Shown: positions 44,780-54,528 of the stretch, piece after piece | Layout of the letters: each line of letters begins with the position of its first letter | Numbering within the stretch: position 1 is the first letter of the stretch | NCBI GenBank assembly: GCA_963815195.1 | Contig: CAWFGE010000015.1 | Location: forward strand, 704,001 to 768,000 | DNA length: 64,000 nucleotides | DNA from: an uncultured Planctomycetaceae bacterium | GTDB taxonomy: Bacteria > Planctomycetota > Planctomycetia > Planctomycetales > Planctomycetaceae | Direction of reading: 5' to 3' | Position numbers and translations under genes: made by a program | The notes under the pieces: generated by a model | What the model saw: the letters and a program-made list of their open reading frames with translations, nothing else | What the model was told of the DNA's origin: nothing | Databases searched by the model: none

Positions 44780-45739
44780 ATGACGTTGAGTAACAGTCTT
44801 ACGCGTGCAAGACAACGACCGATCCAGGGGGTTTTGCCCGTCGTGCAGACTCCCTTTTTGGATTCTGATGAGATCGACTTCGCGTCGCTTCGCCGGCAGG
44901 TGGAGTGGGCGTTCGATCTGGGGGCGGACGGCGTCGGGACGGGGATGGTCTCCGAGGTGTCCAGATTCACGGCGAAGGAACGCTCGGAACTGACACACAA
45001 ACTCCCGGAGTTCGCGGCCGGCCGCGGGGCGGTGTTTGTCAGCGTCGGCGCGGAAAGCAGCCGGCAAGCGGTGCTCTTTGCCCAAGAAGCCGAGGCCGCC
45101 GGCTGCGACGCGGTGATGGCCGTGCCGCCGATGACAGCCGCCGTTTCATCGGGTCAACTCAAAGATTATTTCCGGGCGATCGCGGACAGCGTGAATCTCC
45201 CGCTGATCGTGCAAGACGCCTCCGGCTATGTGGGGCAGGCGATTCCGCTTTCGGTGTGCGTGGAATTGCTTGGGGAATATGGGGCGGAGAAGATCTTGTT
45301 CAAACCCGAAGCCGCCCCGATCGGTTCGAACCTTTCGGACCTGCGAGACGCCGCCCAGACCGGCGGCTTCTGCGCAAAGATTCTGGAAGGCTCCGGCGGG
45401 ATTTTTTTGGTGGACAGTTTTCGGCGGGGGATCGTGGGCACGATTCCGGGGATGGATCTTTTGGACGGCATCGTCGCCCTCTGGCGGGCCCTCGAAGCCG
45501 GCGATGAAGAAACGATTTACCGGCTGGCGTTTCCGATCAGCGCGATCGTCGCCCTCCAGATGCAAGCCGGGCTCGACGGGTTTCTCGCGATCGAAAAGCA
45601 CCTGCTGGTGAAGCGCGGCGTCATGCCGACGGCCCGCCGCCGCCAGCCCAGTCGTTGGGAACTCGATCCCGAAACCGCCCAAGAGACGGACCGCTTATTC
45701 GCCCGCCTGGAAGATGCTTTGCGTACCTCCGGCCGTTGA
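44780..45739 (+). CDS. Dihydrodipicolinate synthase (DapA)-family aldolase
   Basis: GVLPVVQTPF, MAVPP, IVQD and FKPE (Schiff-base Lys position). Confidence 0.85.
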   Translation: MTLSNSLTRARQRPIQGVLPVVQTPFLDSDEIDFASLRRQVEWAFDLGADGVGTGMVSEVSRFTAKERSELTHKLPEFAAGRGAVFVSVGAESSRQAVLFAQEAEAAGCDAVMAVPPMTAAVSSGQLKDYFRAIADSVNLPLIVQDASGYVGQAIPLSVCVELLGEYGAEKILFKPEAAPIGSNLSDLRDAAQTGGFCAKILEGSGGIFLVDSFRRGIVGTIPGMDLLDGIVALWRALEAGDEETIYRLAFPISAIVALQMQAGLDGFLAIEKHLLVKRGVMPTARRRQPSRWELDPETAQETDRLFARLEDALRTSGR

Positions 45740-45799
45740 TATTCTCCGTGTCGTCCGTGCCTGCGTGGTGTCCCTTTTTCCTGAAAAGGCTTGCATAAA

Positions 45800-46606
45800 A
45801 TGCGTTTCCTGTTTTGCGCTTTGACCTTCTTCGTTCTGATTCACGATGCCATTGCGGAAACGCCGAGTCTGCGAACGCAGGTGGTTTTGGCGACGTATCG
45901 GCTCGAGCATCCGAAAACCAGCGGCACCGCGTTTGTGATCCATCGTTTCGACCCCGCCGACCAGGAACAGAAGGAATGGCTGCTGGTCACGGCGGCTCAT
46001 GCCTTTGAAAAGATGAACGGCGACAAGGCGACTCTCGTGCTTCGAAAACGCGAAACCGACGGCGAATGGGCCGCGGCACCCTTTGAACTGAAGATTCGCG
46101 ACGGCGAAAAGAAACTCTGGCATCGGCACCCGAAACACGATGTGGCGATTCTGCGTCTCCCGAAATCGATCCCGGCGGAGACGGCTTCGCTGCCGTTGGA
46201 TGTCCTGGCGGATACCGAGGATTGGCAAGCCCATCCGCCCGATCCGGGTTCGTTCGTCCGCTCTGTGGGCTTTCCGCATGCCGCCCACTTCAAGCCCAGT
46301 TCGGCTGGGTTTCCGCTGACCCGCCTGGGCTGCCTCGCCAGCTATCCGCTCAAGCCTTTCGAAAAACACCCGACGTTTCTGGTGGATTACAACGTGTTCG
46401 AAGGCGACAGCGGCGGCCCCGTCTATTGGGAACCGCCGGCGGACGGTTCGACGGGGCTCAAAATCATCGGCCTCGTCCACGGCCAGCATTTCCTCGACGA
46501 GAAGTACGACCTTATTTACCAAAAGGGCCAGATCCGCAAACGCCTGGGGATGGCGATCATCACGAATTCAGAGGCCATCTTGGAAACGATCAAAACTCTG
46601 CCGTGA
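45800..46606 (+). CDS. Secreted trypsin-like serine protease
   Basis: Signal peptide and triad motifs SGTAF, VTAAH, DVAIL, GDSGGP. Confidence 0.88.
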   Translation: MRFLFCALTFFVLIHDAIAETPSLRTQVVLATYRLEHPKTSGTAFVIHRFDPADQEQKEWLLVTAAHAFEKMNGDKATLVLRKRETDGEWAAAPFELKIRDGEKKLWHRHPKHDVAILRLPKSIPAETASLPLDVLADTEDWQAHPPDPGSFVRSVGFPHAAHFKPSSAGFPLTRLGCLASYPLKPFEKHPTFLVDYNVFEGDSGGPVYWEPPADGSTGLKIIGLVHGQHFLDEKYDLIYQKGQIRKRLGMAIITNSEAILETIKTLP

Positions 46607-46912
46607 AGCGGGAAACGGCAACTTTTCGCATCATTGAAAAATGCCGCAAGGAATTCTCCGCGAATCGCCCCCGTGCTGCCCTTATCGACCGGCAAGGGCT
46701 GCCCTGCCCCGTTTTGGAAACCTCTTAACACCGCGGGCGAAAGATACGGTCGCGGATTCGTCGAATCGTCCGATACCGCCCATCCGCCGGAACACTTCTA
46801 ATTCTCTGTATCACGCTCATCCAGGTGCGTCCTAAATTCCGTGCGAGATTTTGCCCCGGGCCGGCACGCCGATTGAGCGGAACCGATTTAGTTTTACGGA
46901 ACGGGCAAGATC

Positions 46913-47722
46913 ATGCGAATGAAGTTTTGGAAATCCTGGGCGATCCAATGCTTTATCAAGTGCTTGAAAGAAATGTCGCTCGGGTCCGCGGTGCGGTTTG
47001 TCCGGCTTCAACAGGGGGGCCTCTTCGGCGATGTCTTGGAAATGAAATTGAATGGAAAGATCCAGGGCGTCGTCGCCATCCGGACGTTCGGTTCCGACGC
47101 CGACACGATGCGAGAAATCTGCCTGCTGGGCGTCTATGACCAAATCTGCAGCCGCGTTCCTTCGGCCAAGTCGATTGTCGACCTGGGCGCGAACATCGGC
47201 CTCGCGACCCGGTTGTTTGCCGCGCGGTATCCCGCGGCGTCCATTGTCGCCGTCGAACCCGATCCGCAAAACTTTGCAATGCTAAATCGCAACACGCATC
47301 GCCAGATCGAACAAGGAAGGTGCCGGCTGATTCACGCGGCGATCTGGGATAAAGACGGCGATGTGAGTCTCCAACCGTCGGAAGGCGAAGGACAATTCGA
47401 CTCTGTCCGAACGACCGAAGCCCAGGAATCGGGATCCCGGGTCCGCGCCATCACGATGGAAACGCTGCTCAATGAAACCGGGTTGGAGCAAATCGACATT
47501 CTGAAAATCGACATCGAGGGGGCGGAGGTCGAGCTTCTGCGGTCCGCCCCCAAATGGCTGAATCGCGTGCAATCGATCGCCGCGGAGTTTCACGGCGCGA
47601 GCCGGAGGGAATCCGGGTTTGATGACCTGATGCAAAAGAACGGTTTCCATATTGTCGAGGGTTCGGTTCACACCGTCATGGCTTTAAGAAATCGGCTTCT
47701 CCCAGATCAAGCCGCCGCCTGA
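46913..47722 (+). CDS. FkbM family methyltransferase
   Basis: VDLGANIG, VEPDP and ILKIDIEGAE. Confidence 0.9.
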   Translation: MRMKFWKSWAIQCFIKCLKEMSLGSAVRFVRLQQGGLFGDVLEMKLNGKIQGVVAIRTFGSDADTMREICLLGVYDQICSRVPSAKSIVDLGANIGLATRLFAARYPAASIVAVEPDPQNFAMLNRNTHRQIEQGRCRLIHAAIWDKDGDVSLQPSEGEGQFDSVRTTEAQESGSRVRAITMETLLNETGLEQIDILKIDIEGAEVELLRSAPKWLNRVQSIAAEFHGASRRESGFDDLMQKNGFHIVEGSVHTVMALRNRLLPDQAAA

Positions 47723-47745
47723 GATTTTTTCATTGAGGCTCCGCG

Positions 47746-48639
47746 ATGCTCGTCAGCGCCGTGATTCCAACGTTTAACCATGCCCGTTATGTGTGCGAAG
47801 CCGTGGAGAGTGCGCTCGCTCAACGCGATGTCGCTATGGAAGTGATCGTCGTGGATGACGGGAGCACCGACGACACGGCCTTGCGCCTGTCCGCCTATCA
47901 GAATCGGATCCAGTCCATCCGCCAGGAAAACCAAGGCCTGTCCGCCGCTCGGAATGCGGGAATCCAAGCCTCCCGCGGCGATTGGATCGCCTTTCTGGAT
48001 GCCGACGACCTTTGGCACCCCCTTAAAACCTTCGTGCAAATTCATGCGGCCGTGCGCGCTAGGAGCGGCGTGTGCGTCATCGGGTCGCTTTCCGCGCGGG
48101 AACTCCCAGCCGTGCTCGATCCGCAACCGGCCGTCGAGCCCTTGGACGTGAGAACCTTGCTCTTAAAGACGCGGTTCGGACCTTCGGGAGCGATTGTCAA
48201 GCGCGAATGTCTGGAAAAAATCGGCGGCTTCGACGTGCAACTGGGCCCTGCATCGGATCGAGATCTGTGGCTGCGATTGGCGGCCGAGTTTCCCACCGTC
48301 CGCGTGCTCAGCCCCTGCTGGTGGTACCGCGAGCATGCGGGGCAAATGAGTAAAAATGCCTCGAAAATGGAAGCCGACTATGACAAAGTCTTGGAGAAAT
48401 TCTTTCGCAATCATCCGGAATACAGCGAATTTCGCGACATGGCCTGGAGCTACTCGTTGATGGATTCCGCCATTTGCCACCGCGAATGTGGAAAAACACA
48501 AAAGGCGCTCGTCTTAGCCGCCCGGTCGATGTGGCGTTATCCCAAATCCCTTTCGCGCGGCCCTTTGTTTCGGTTGAAATTCCTCGCTCGAACTCTTGTT
48601 CCTAAGAACGTGTTGGGAAACCTGAGCGGTAGGCGCTAG
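47746..48639 (+). CDS. Glycosyltransferase family 2
   Basis: VIPTFN, VVDDGSTD, GLSAARNAG and FLDADD. Confidence 0.92.
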   Translation: MLVSAVIPTFNHARYVCEAVESALAQRDVAMEVIVVDDGSTDDTALRLSAYQNRIQSIRQENQGLSAARNAGIQASRGDWIAFLDADDLWHPLKTFVQIHAAVRARSGVCVIGSLSARELPAVLDPQPAVEPLDVRTLLLKTRFGPSGAIVKRECLEKIGGFDVQLGPASDRDLWLRLAAEFPTVRVLSPCWWYREHAGQMSKNASKMEADYDKVLEKFFRNHPEYSEFRDMAWSYSLMDSAICHRECGKTQKALVLAARSMWRYPKSLSRGPLFRLKFLARTLVPKNVLGNLSGRR

Positions 48640-48712
48640 CCTCCGGCTTTGATGAAATCCTATTCACTAAATCAACGCCGGCGGCTAGCCACCCAGAGGG
48701 TACCCGGCCGCT
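48623..48712. repeat. Repeat family G palindromic element
   Basis: TGAGCGG...CCGCTCA termini; homolog at 26032-26112. Confidence 0.65.
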
Positions 48713-48872
48713 CACGATTTTGATCGAATTCAAAACCTTGGCGCTGCAACGGTTGCTTGCCAAGCGACGGCAGAGCTGTGGGCTTTGGAAGATCGACGCC
48801 CGATCAGAACCTCCCATCGCTTCGCAACCCAGGTTGACAAGCAACCTGGGCCACCCTGCACCAAAAGAATTT

Positions 48873-49067
48873 AGGGCCGAAGGCCCGGCCCTATGTCAGC
48901 CCGGGGCAAGCGCAGCGCCGCCCTGGGTTACGAATGATGAATGAAACACAAGCCCCAACGGGGCGGCCCTATGTGGCAACCTTCTCCGGTTGAGGACCGC
49001 CCGGTTGAGGACCGCCCCGTTGGGGCTTTTGCACTTTGTTAGTTCCCGTTCCCCAGGGCTGCGCCCT
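48873..49067. repeat. REP-like palindrome, left part (interrupted by IS110)
   Basis: AGGGCCGAAGGCCCGGCCCTATGTCAGCCC is the inverted partner of 50728-50757. Internal AAGCCCCAACGGGGCGG / CCGCCCCGTTGGGGCTT. Confidence 0.85.
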
Positions 49068-49081
49068 TATAGGATTTGCTG

Positions 49082-49378
49082 AGGGATGGATCGGCCGCGG
49101 GAGAGGGCGGGGGGACGCAAGTCTCTCCCCACGGACTCTTCCGCGCCGGAGCCGATCCAGCGCCGTTTTTTTCCTGTTTTTCCAGCCCCAACTTTGAGAG
49201 GATCAAAATCAGGCACGCGTCGCCCCGCTACGAATCGTGCGCCCCATCGCTTCAACGATTGAGCCCAGACTTTCGAGCGGGACGATGCTCTTGGGAACCA
49301 ACGAATCACTCCAGATGATGACGCCAAAACGTCTCGGACTATAAGGTTTTCGCCCGCTCCCAAGATCGCGTGCCCTTT
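49082..49378 (+). ncRNA. IS110 bridge RNA (5' stem-loop, target-binding loop, donor-binding loop)
   Basis: Target guides TGCGCCC (49238-44) and AGCCCAG (49262-68). Donor guides CAGATG (49312-17) and CTATAAG (49339-45). Each pair flanks a small hairpin within closing stems. RNA ends are approximate. Confidence 0.85.
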
Positions 49379-49414
49379 TTGATTGTGTTTCACTTTAACA
49401 GGAGACGATCCCCC

Positions 49415-50699
49415 ATGCACTCGAATTTGCTCGACCCCAATGCCTGTGTGCTGATCGGCCTCGATTGGGCCGACCGCGAACATGCCGTCTGCCGGCTGCT
49501 TCCCGACGGCGGAACCGAACACCGGCAACTCGAACACACGCCCGAAGCGATTGCCGACTGGCTCGCCGGCCTGCGGAAGCAATTCCCCGGTCGCCCGATT
49601 CGGATCGCGTTGGAGCAAAGCCGCGGCGCGCTGATGAACGCGCTCCGCCGTTTCGCCGACCTGGAACTCGAACTGTATCCCATCAATCCCAAGCAGCTGG
49701 CCCGCTATCGGGACGCGATTCATCCTTCGGGAGCGAAATCCGATCCAGACGATGCGCAGCTCTTGGCCCGCTTTCTGCAAAACCATCAGGAGCAACTCCT
49801 CCCGTTCGTGGCGGACGATCCCGAAACCCGCCGCCTGGCCGAGTTGTCCGAACTTCGCCGCAAGCTGGTCGATGACCGCAAAACCCTTGTGCAGAAGCTC
49901 GAAGGCACGCTCAAGCTGTATTTTCCGCAACTGCTCGAATGGTGTGCCGGCAAGAGTCGCCAACCCCTGTTGCTCGCCGTGCTTCGCCGCTGGCCGAGCT
50001 TGGGCGATCTTAAGCGGGCTCATCCCAAAACGCTGCGCACGTTCCTCGCCGAGCATGGCCTGCGGAACCCCGACCAGCAAACCGAGTGGATCGACAACGT
50101 CCGCCCCGCCACCCCGTTGACCGAGGATGCCAGTTTGATCGAACCCCGCGCGATGTACGCCCAAAGTCTCGGCCGGCAAATCGAGGAACTGAACGAGGCC
50201 ATTGCCAAATTCGAGAAGCAACTGGACGAGGCGACCACCGCGCATCCCGACCACGAACTGTTCCGCTCGCTGCCCGGTGCCGGCGACGTCCTCACGCCGC
50301 GACTCATCGTGGCGATGGGCTCCGACCGGGACCGCTACCAAGACGCCGGGGACGTGCAATCCAAAAGCGGCATCGCCCCGATCACCAAGCAAAGCGGGAA
50401 GACCCGGCTCGTGTTGTCGCGAATCGCCTGCCCCAAATTTCTCCGGCAGACATTCCACGAGTTCGCCGACCAGGCCCGCCGCTGGAGCGATTGGTCCCGA
50501 GCGTTCTATCAAATGAAACGCGCAGGCCGGCATGAGCCACCACGCCGCGGTCCGCGCCTTGGCCTTCAAATGGATTCGCATCATCTTTCGGATGTGGCAA
50601 ACCGGCACCCCTTACTCGGAAATGAAGTACCAGGAACAACTCACAATCAGAAACAGCCCCGTCTGGAATTTATTGGAAACAACAACAGAAACCACCTGA
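49415..50699 (+). CDS. IS110 family transposase/recombinase (apparent indel ~50525)
   Basis: RBS AGGAGA, DEDD residues (GLDW, ALEQ, KSDPDDA), SLPGAG and APITKQSGK (catalytic Ser region). Corrected C-terminus HHAAVRALAFKWIRIIFRMW. Confidence 0.92.
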
Positions 50700-50727
50700 A
50701 ACCCACTTGAAAAAACCTCAGATGTCT

Positions 50728-50757
50728 GGGCTGACATAGCGCCGGACCTTCGGTCCT
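50728..50757. repeat. REP-like palindrome, right part
   Basis: GGGCTGACATAGCGCCGGACCTTCGGTCCT is complementary to 48873-48902. Confidence 0.85.
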
Positions 50758-50790
50758 TTTTCCGTAATTTGGAACGACTGAAATTCCAAG

Positions 50791-50813
50791 ACCGCTTACT
50801 TCGTGCGCGGCTC
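50791..50813 (-). repeat. Repeat family B solo copy
   Basis: ACCGCTTACTTCGTGCGCGGCTC. Confidence 0.75.
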
Positions 50814-50938
50814 AGTCGCTTTTTGTCATGTCCGGGTTTTCAAGAAACCGGGCGGGGTGGCTGGGGTCGGTTTGTCGAAAGGTGCGTGGCTTCAAGAATA
50901 CGCTGGATCGACAAACTGCCCCCAGTCGTGCCGCTTCT

Positions 50939-52217
50939 TCAACCGTTCCCCATCCGTTCCCGCACCAACGCCAGGGCTTCCTCGTGTGTGTGGATTTCGC
51001 CGTTGAGTTGGGCGTCGCGGACGGTTTCCAGAAGGTCTTTGAACTCGGGGCCCGGCTCGAGGCCCAGGTCGATCAAGTCCTTGCCGGTGATGAGCGGCGG
51101 GGGGTTCAGTTCCTCGGGCGGGGTGTTTCGAAGGTATTCTTCGCAGAAGATCACCGGCCCCAGATCGAGGTCTTTGGTGATGCGCTCGACCCGCATGAGC
51201 TTCAAGAGGTCCACGGTCAACCGCTGGGCCAGGAGCCTCTTGAGTCGGCAGAGCGGAAGCTGCGGCGCATCGTCCAACGCCCGCTGATGATCCAACAGCC
51301 AGGCGATATCGTCGGTTTCCTGATTGGACAGCCGCCAACGCTGGCCCAGTTCGGCGGCGGTTTCCGCGAACTTGACTTGATTCGGCAGCGCATGCCAGAG
51401 CACGGCGGCCGCGAGTTCAAAACTCGGGGCCTGAAGGAGATGCAACATGTGCAGCGTCCGCTGCCATTCCTCCGCGGGAGCTTCGTCCGCCGATTTGGGC
51501 AAGATGGGCCTTAGTTCCGGGAGGATGATCTCCAAGAGGCCCGCCTGCTGGGTCAACTGCATGCCCCGGGCGCGGTGCTCGTTGGTGAGCATCTTTCGCA
51601 GGCTCTTGCGTGATCCGCTCGGCACTCACGACGGTGAGTTGATCCGCCATCTCGCGGACGGCCGACGCGGTGATGGGGTCCAGTTCGAAATCGAGATTGG
51701 CGGCGAAGCGGACGGCCCGGAGCATTCGCAGCTTGTCTTCGCGGACGCGGTCGTGCGGATCGCCGATGGCGCGGACGATGCCCGCCCCCAGGTCGCGCTC
51801 GCCGCCGACGTAATCGAGCACCTGCTGAGCCAGGGGATCGAAGAACATGCCGTTGATGGTGAAGTCCCGCCGTTTGGCGTCTTCCTCGGGGGTGGCGAAG
51901 GTGACGGACTCGGGCCGCCGGCCGTCGAGGTACGGACCTTCGGTGCGGAAGGTGGCGACTTCCACATCCGCCACGCCCCGCGGACCGCGGACGACGATTA
52001 CCCCGAAGCTCGCTCCGACGGCGAGAGTCCGGCGGTGGCCGAAGATTTGACGGACTTCCTCGGGCCGGGCGTCGGTGGCGACGTCATAATCCTTGGGGAC
52101 CCGGCCCAAGAGATAGTCCCGCACGCACCCGCCCGCCCACAGCGCCTGATGTCCCGCCTGCTTCAGGCGGCTCACCACTTCGCCGGCAAACTCGCGATTG
52201 CGGTCGGTTGGGGGCAT
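50939..52217 (-). CDS. CCA tRNA nucleotidyltransferase / poly(A) polymerase family (apparent indel ~51601)
   Basis: GGCVRD..LG..PKDYDVAT, EVATFR, RRDFTING, EDKLRMLRAVRF, SAERI and ITGKDL. Confidence 0.92.
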
Positions 52218-52245
52218 CGCGGCAACTCCTCCAAAATCTCACATT

Positions 52246-52323
52246 GAGGCCACAGAGGAGCAAAGGCAAGACAGGCGGAACATTTCGCCGACTCTCGGCG
52301 GCCAAACACTTTGTGGCCTTTGC
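52246..52323. repeat. Repeat family E (GCAAAGGCCACA type); inverted homolog of 63700-63780
   Basis: GGCCACAGAGGAGCAAAGG...TTCGCCGACTCTCGGCGGCCAAACACTTTGTGGCCTTTGC. Confidence 0.8.
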
Positions 52324-52482
52324 ACCTCAAAAACAGCCTCATTTCCGAATGAGCGACATATCGATGAGAACGCGCCCTTTACCGTTTGACTGTATTCCAA
52401 CACCGCCGGGCTCACAATGATGAGACACCGCCCCCGGCGGTGCGTTCGCTCGCTCCGTCACCGCTTTGGAGCCGGGCGAGGT

Positions 52483-54429
52483 TCACAACTCAATCTGCAC
52501 GCCGATTTCGACGATGTTTTCCGGCGGGAGGTTGAAGTAGGCCGTCGCGGTTTGGGCGTTGTCGGACATCCACAAAAACAGGCGTTTTCGCCAACTGGCC
52601 ATTTCGGGGTGGTCGCCGATGACGAGGGTCTCCCGGCCGAGGAAAAAGCTGATGTCCTTGGCGGCGAGGGCGTCGCGCAGCGTCGGCTGGGCGATTCTCG
52701 CGAGATCGCGGGGCACGTCGGGGCCTTCCATGAATCCGTAAGTCAGTTCGATCCGCCAGCAGCCTTCGCCGATTTCCTCGATGACGACGCGGTCTTTCGG
52801 GCGGACGTGCGGAACTTCCGCCGTGGCGACGCACAAGAGCACCACGGTTTCGTGCATGATCCGGTTGTGCTTGATATTGTGCCGGAGCGCCGGCGGCGTG
52901 CCGATGGGATTGCCCGACATAAAAATCGCCGTCCCCGGCACGCGCATGGGCGGATCGGACAACTGCTCGGCGAGAAACAAATCGATGGGAACGAGGCGTT
53001 CGCGGAGCCGGCCCGCGAGGATTTGCCGCCCGCGCCGCCAGGTGGACATCAGCGTGAAGACGGTCCCCGCCACCAGGAGCGGAAACCAGCCGCCGTCGTG
53101 GATCTTGAGCAGATTCGCCCCCAGAAACGAGAGGTCGATCACAAAAAACACACCCGACACCAGGATCGCCACGGGCAGGCTCCAGTTCCAACGCGACGTG
53201 ACCAACAGGAAAAACAGCACCGTGGTAATCACCATGGTGATCGTGATCGCGACCCCGTACGCCGCGGCCAATCGGCTCGACGATCCAAATCCGATCACGA
53301 GCGCAATGCAAGCGACCATCAAGGCCCAGTTGATCGAGGGAATGTAGATTTGCCCCATCTGCTCGTGGGAGGTGTGGCAGATCAGCACGCGGGGGCTGTA
53401 GCCGAGCTGGACGGCTTGCAGCGTCAGCGAGAACGCCCCCGTGATCACGGCCTGCGAAGCGATCACCGTCGCGACCGTGGCCATCAACACCAATGGGTAG
53501 AGCGCCCAATCCGGCGCCATGCGGTAGAACGGGTTGACCGCGGCTTCGGCGGGATGGGGATGGTTGATCAGAAACGCCCCCTGGCCGAAATAATTCAAGA
53601 GAAGCGCGGGCAGCACGATCGAAAACCACGTGAGGCGGATCGGCGGGGCTCCGAAGTGGCCGATGTCGGCATAAAGCGCTTCCCCGCCCGTGACGACCAG
53701 AAACACCGTCCCCAAAATCACAAACCCCGCAAACCCGTTCATCAGAAAGAAGTCGAAGGCATGCACCGGATTGATTGCCCGAAATACGCTGGGGTTGTCG
53801 AGGATATGCGACACGCCCAGCACCGCCATCGTGATGAACCACACAAAAATAATCGGACCGAACACCGTGCCCACGCCCGCCGTCCCGCGGGACTGGAACA
53901 GAAACAGGCCGACCAGAATCCCAATCGTGATCGGGATGACAAACGGCTCGAACACGTGCGGGGCCGCGACGTTCAAACCCTCGATGGCGCTCAGCACCGA
54001 AATCGCCGGCGTGATCATGCCGTCGGCATACAAGAGGGCCGCGCCGAACAAACCCAAGAGCACGATGGCTCCGCGCTGCTTGGCTTCGGTGCCGCGGATT
54101 TGCGAGGCCCCCTGGATCGGCGTCACCAACGCCGCGAGCGAAAGGATCCCGCCTTCGCCGTTGTTATCGGCCCGCAAAATGAAGATCAGGTACTTGATCG
54201 AAATCACGATCAACAGCGACCAGAATATCAGCGAGAGCACGCCCAGGATGTTCGCCGGCTCGAGCGGGGAAATGGCGTGTTCCCCGTGAAAGCATTCCCG
54301 GATCGCATACAACGGGCTGGTGCCGATGTCGCCGTAGACGACTCCCAGCGAAGTGACGGCCAACAGGAATAATTGGCGCCCCGTGAGAGCCTGAGAGGAT
54401 TGGGACTCGGATTCAGGCCGATCAGTCAT
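52483..54429 (-). CDS. kup: KUP/HAK/KT potassium transporter
   Basis: GVVYGDIGTSPLY, ADNNGEGG, TGGEALYADIGHFG, GQIYIP and SFFLGRE. Confidence 0.95.
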   Translation of the reverse strand: MTDRPESESQSSQALTGRQLFLLAVTSLGVVYGDIGTSPLYAIRECFHGEHAISPLEPANILGVLSLIFWSLLIVISIKYLIFILRADNNGEGGILSLAALVTPIQGASQIRGTEAKQRGAIVLLGLFGAALLYADGMITPAISVLSAIEGLNVAAPHVFEPFVIPITIGILVGLFLFQSRGTAGVGTVFGPIIFVWFITMAVLGVSHILDNPSVFRAINPVHAFDFFLMNGFAGFVILGTVFLVVTGGEALYADIGHFGAPPIRLTWFSIVLPALLLNYFGQGAFLINHPHPAEAAVNPFYRMAPDWALYPLVLMATVATVIASQAVITGAFSLTLQAVQLGYSPRVLICHTSHEQMGQIYIPSINWALMVACIALVIGFGSSSRLAAAYGVAITITMVITTVLFFLLVTSRWNWSLPVAILVSGVFFVIDLSFLGANLLKIHDGGWFPLLVAGTVFTLMSTWRRGRQILAGRLRERLVPIDLFLAEQLSDPPMRVPGTAIFMSGNPIGTPPALRHNIKHNRIMHETVVLLCVATAEVPHVRPKDRVVIEEIGEGCWRIELTYGFMEGPDVPRDLARIAQPTLRDALAAKDISFFLGRETLVIGDHPEMASWRKRLFLWMSDNAQTATAYFNLPPENIVEIGVQIEL

Positions 54430-54528
54430 CTGCTGGGAATTCTGAACTGAAGGAGAACCGGTTCCACGCCTCGCGCGGAACGTCCTGGCAAAACGGGCAA
54501 AAAACAAGGAACTCCAGGAAGCCGCACT

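Larger units (their letters stand above)
49066..50727 (+). mobile_element. Complete IS110-family insertion sequence flanked by CT core dinucleotides
   Basis: Junctions GCGCC-CT-TATAGG and CAGATGT-CT-GGGCTG. Removing the element restores the REP palindrome. It encodes a DEDD transposase and has no TIRs. Confidence 0.92.

Noticed and set aside
46913..48639. FkbM + GT2 as IS110 cargo or a genomic island
   Set aside because: They lie outside the precisely defined IS ends, and there is no integrase, tRNA or direct repeat.
49067..50608. 513-aa antisense ORF across IS110
   Set aside because: Shadow ORF of a high-GC coding strand with no recognisable motifs.
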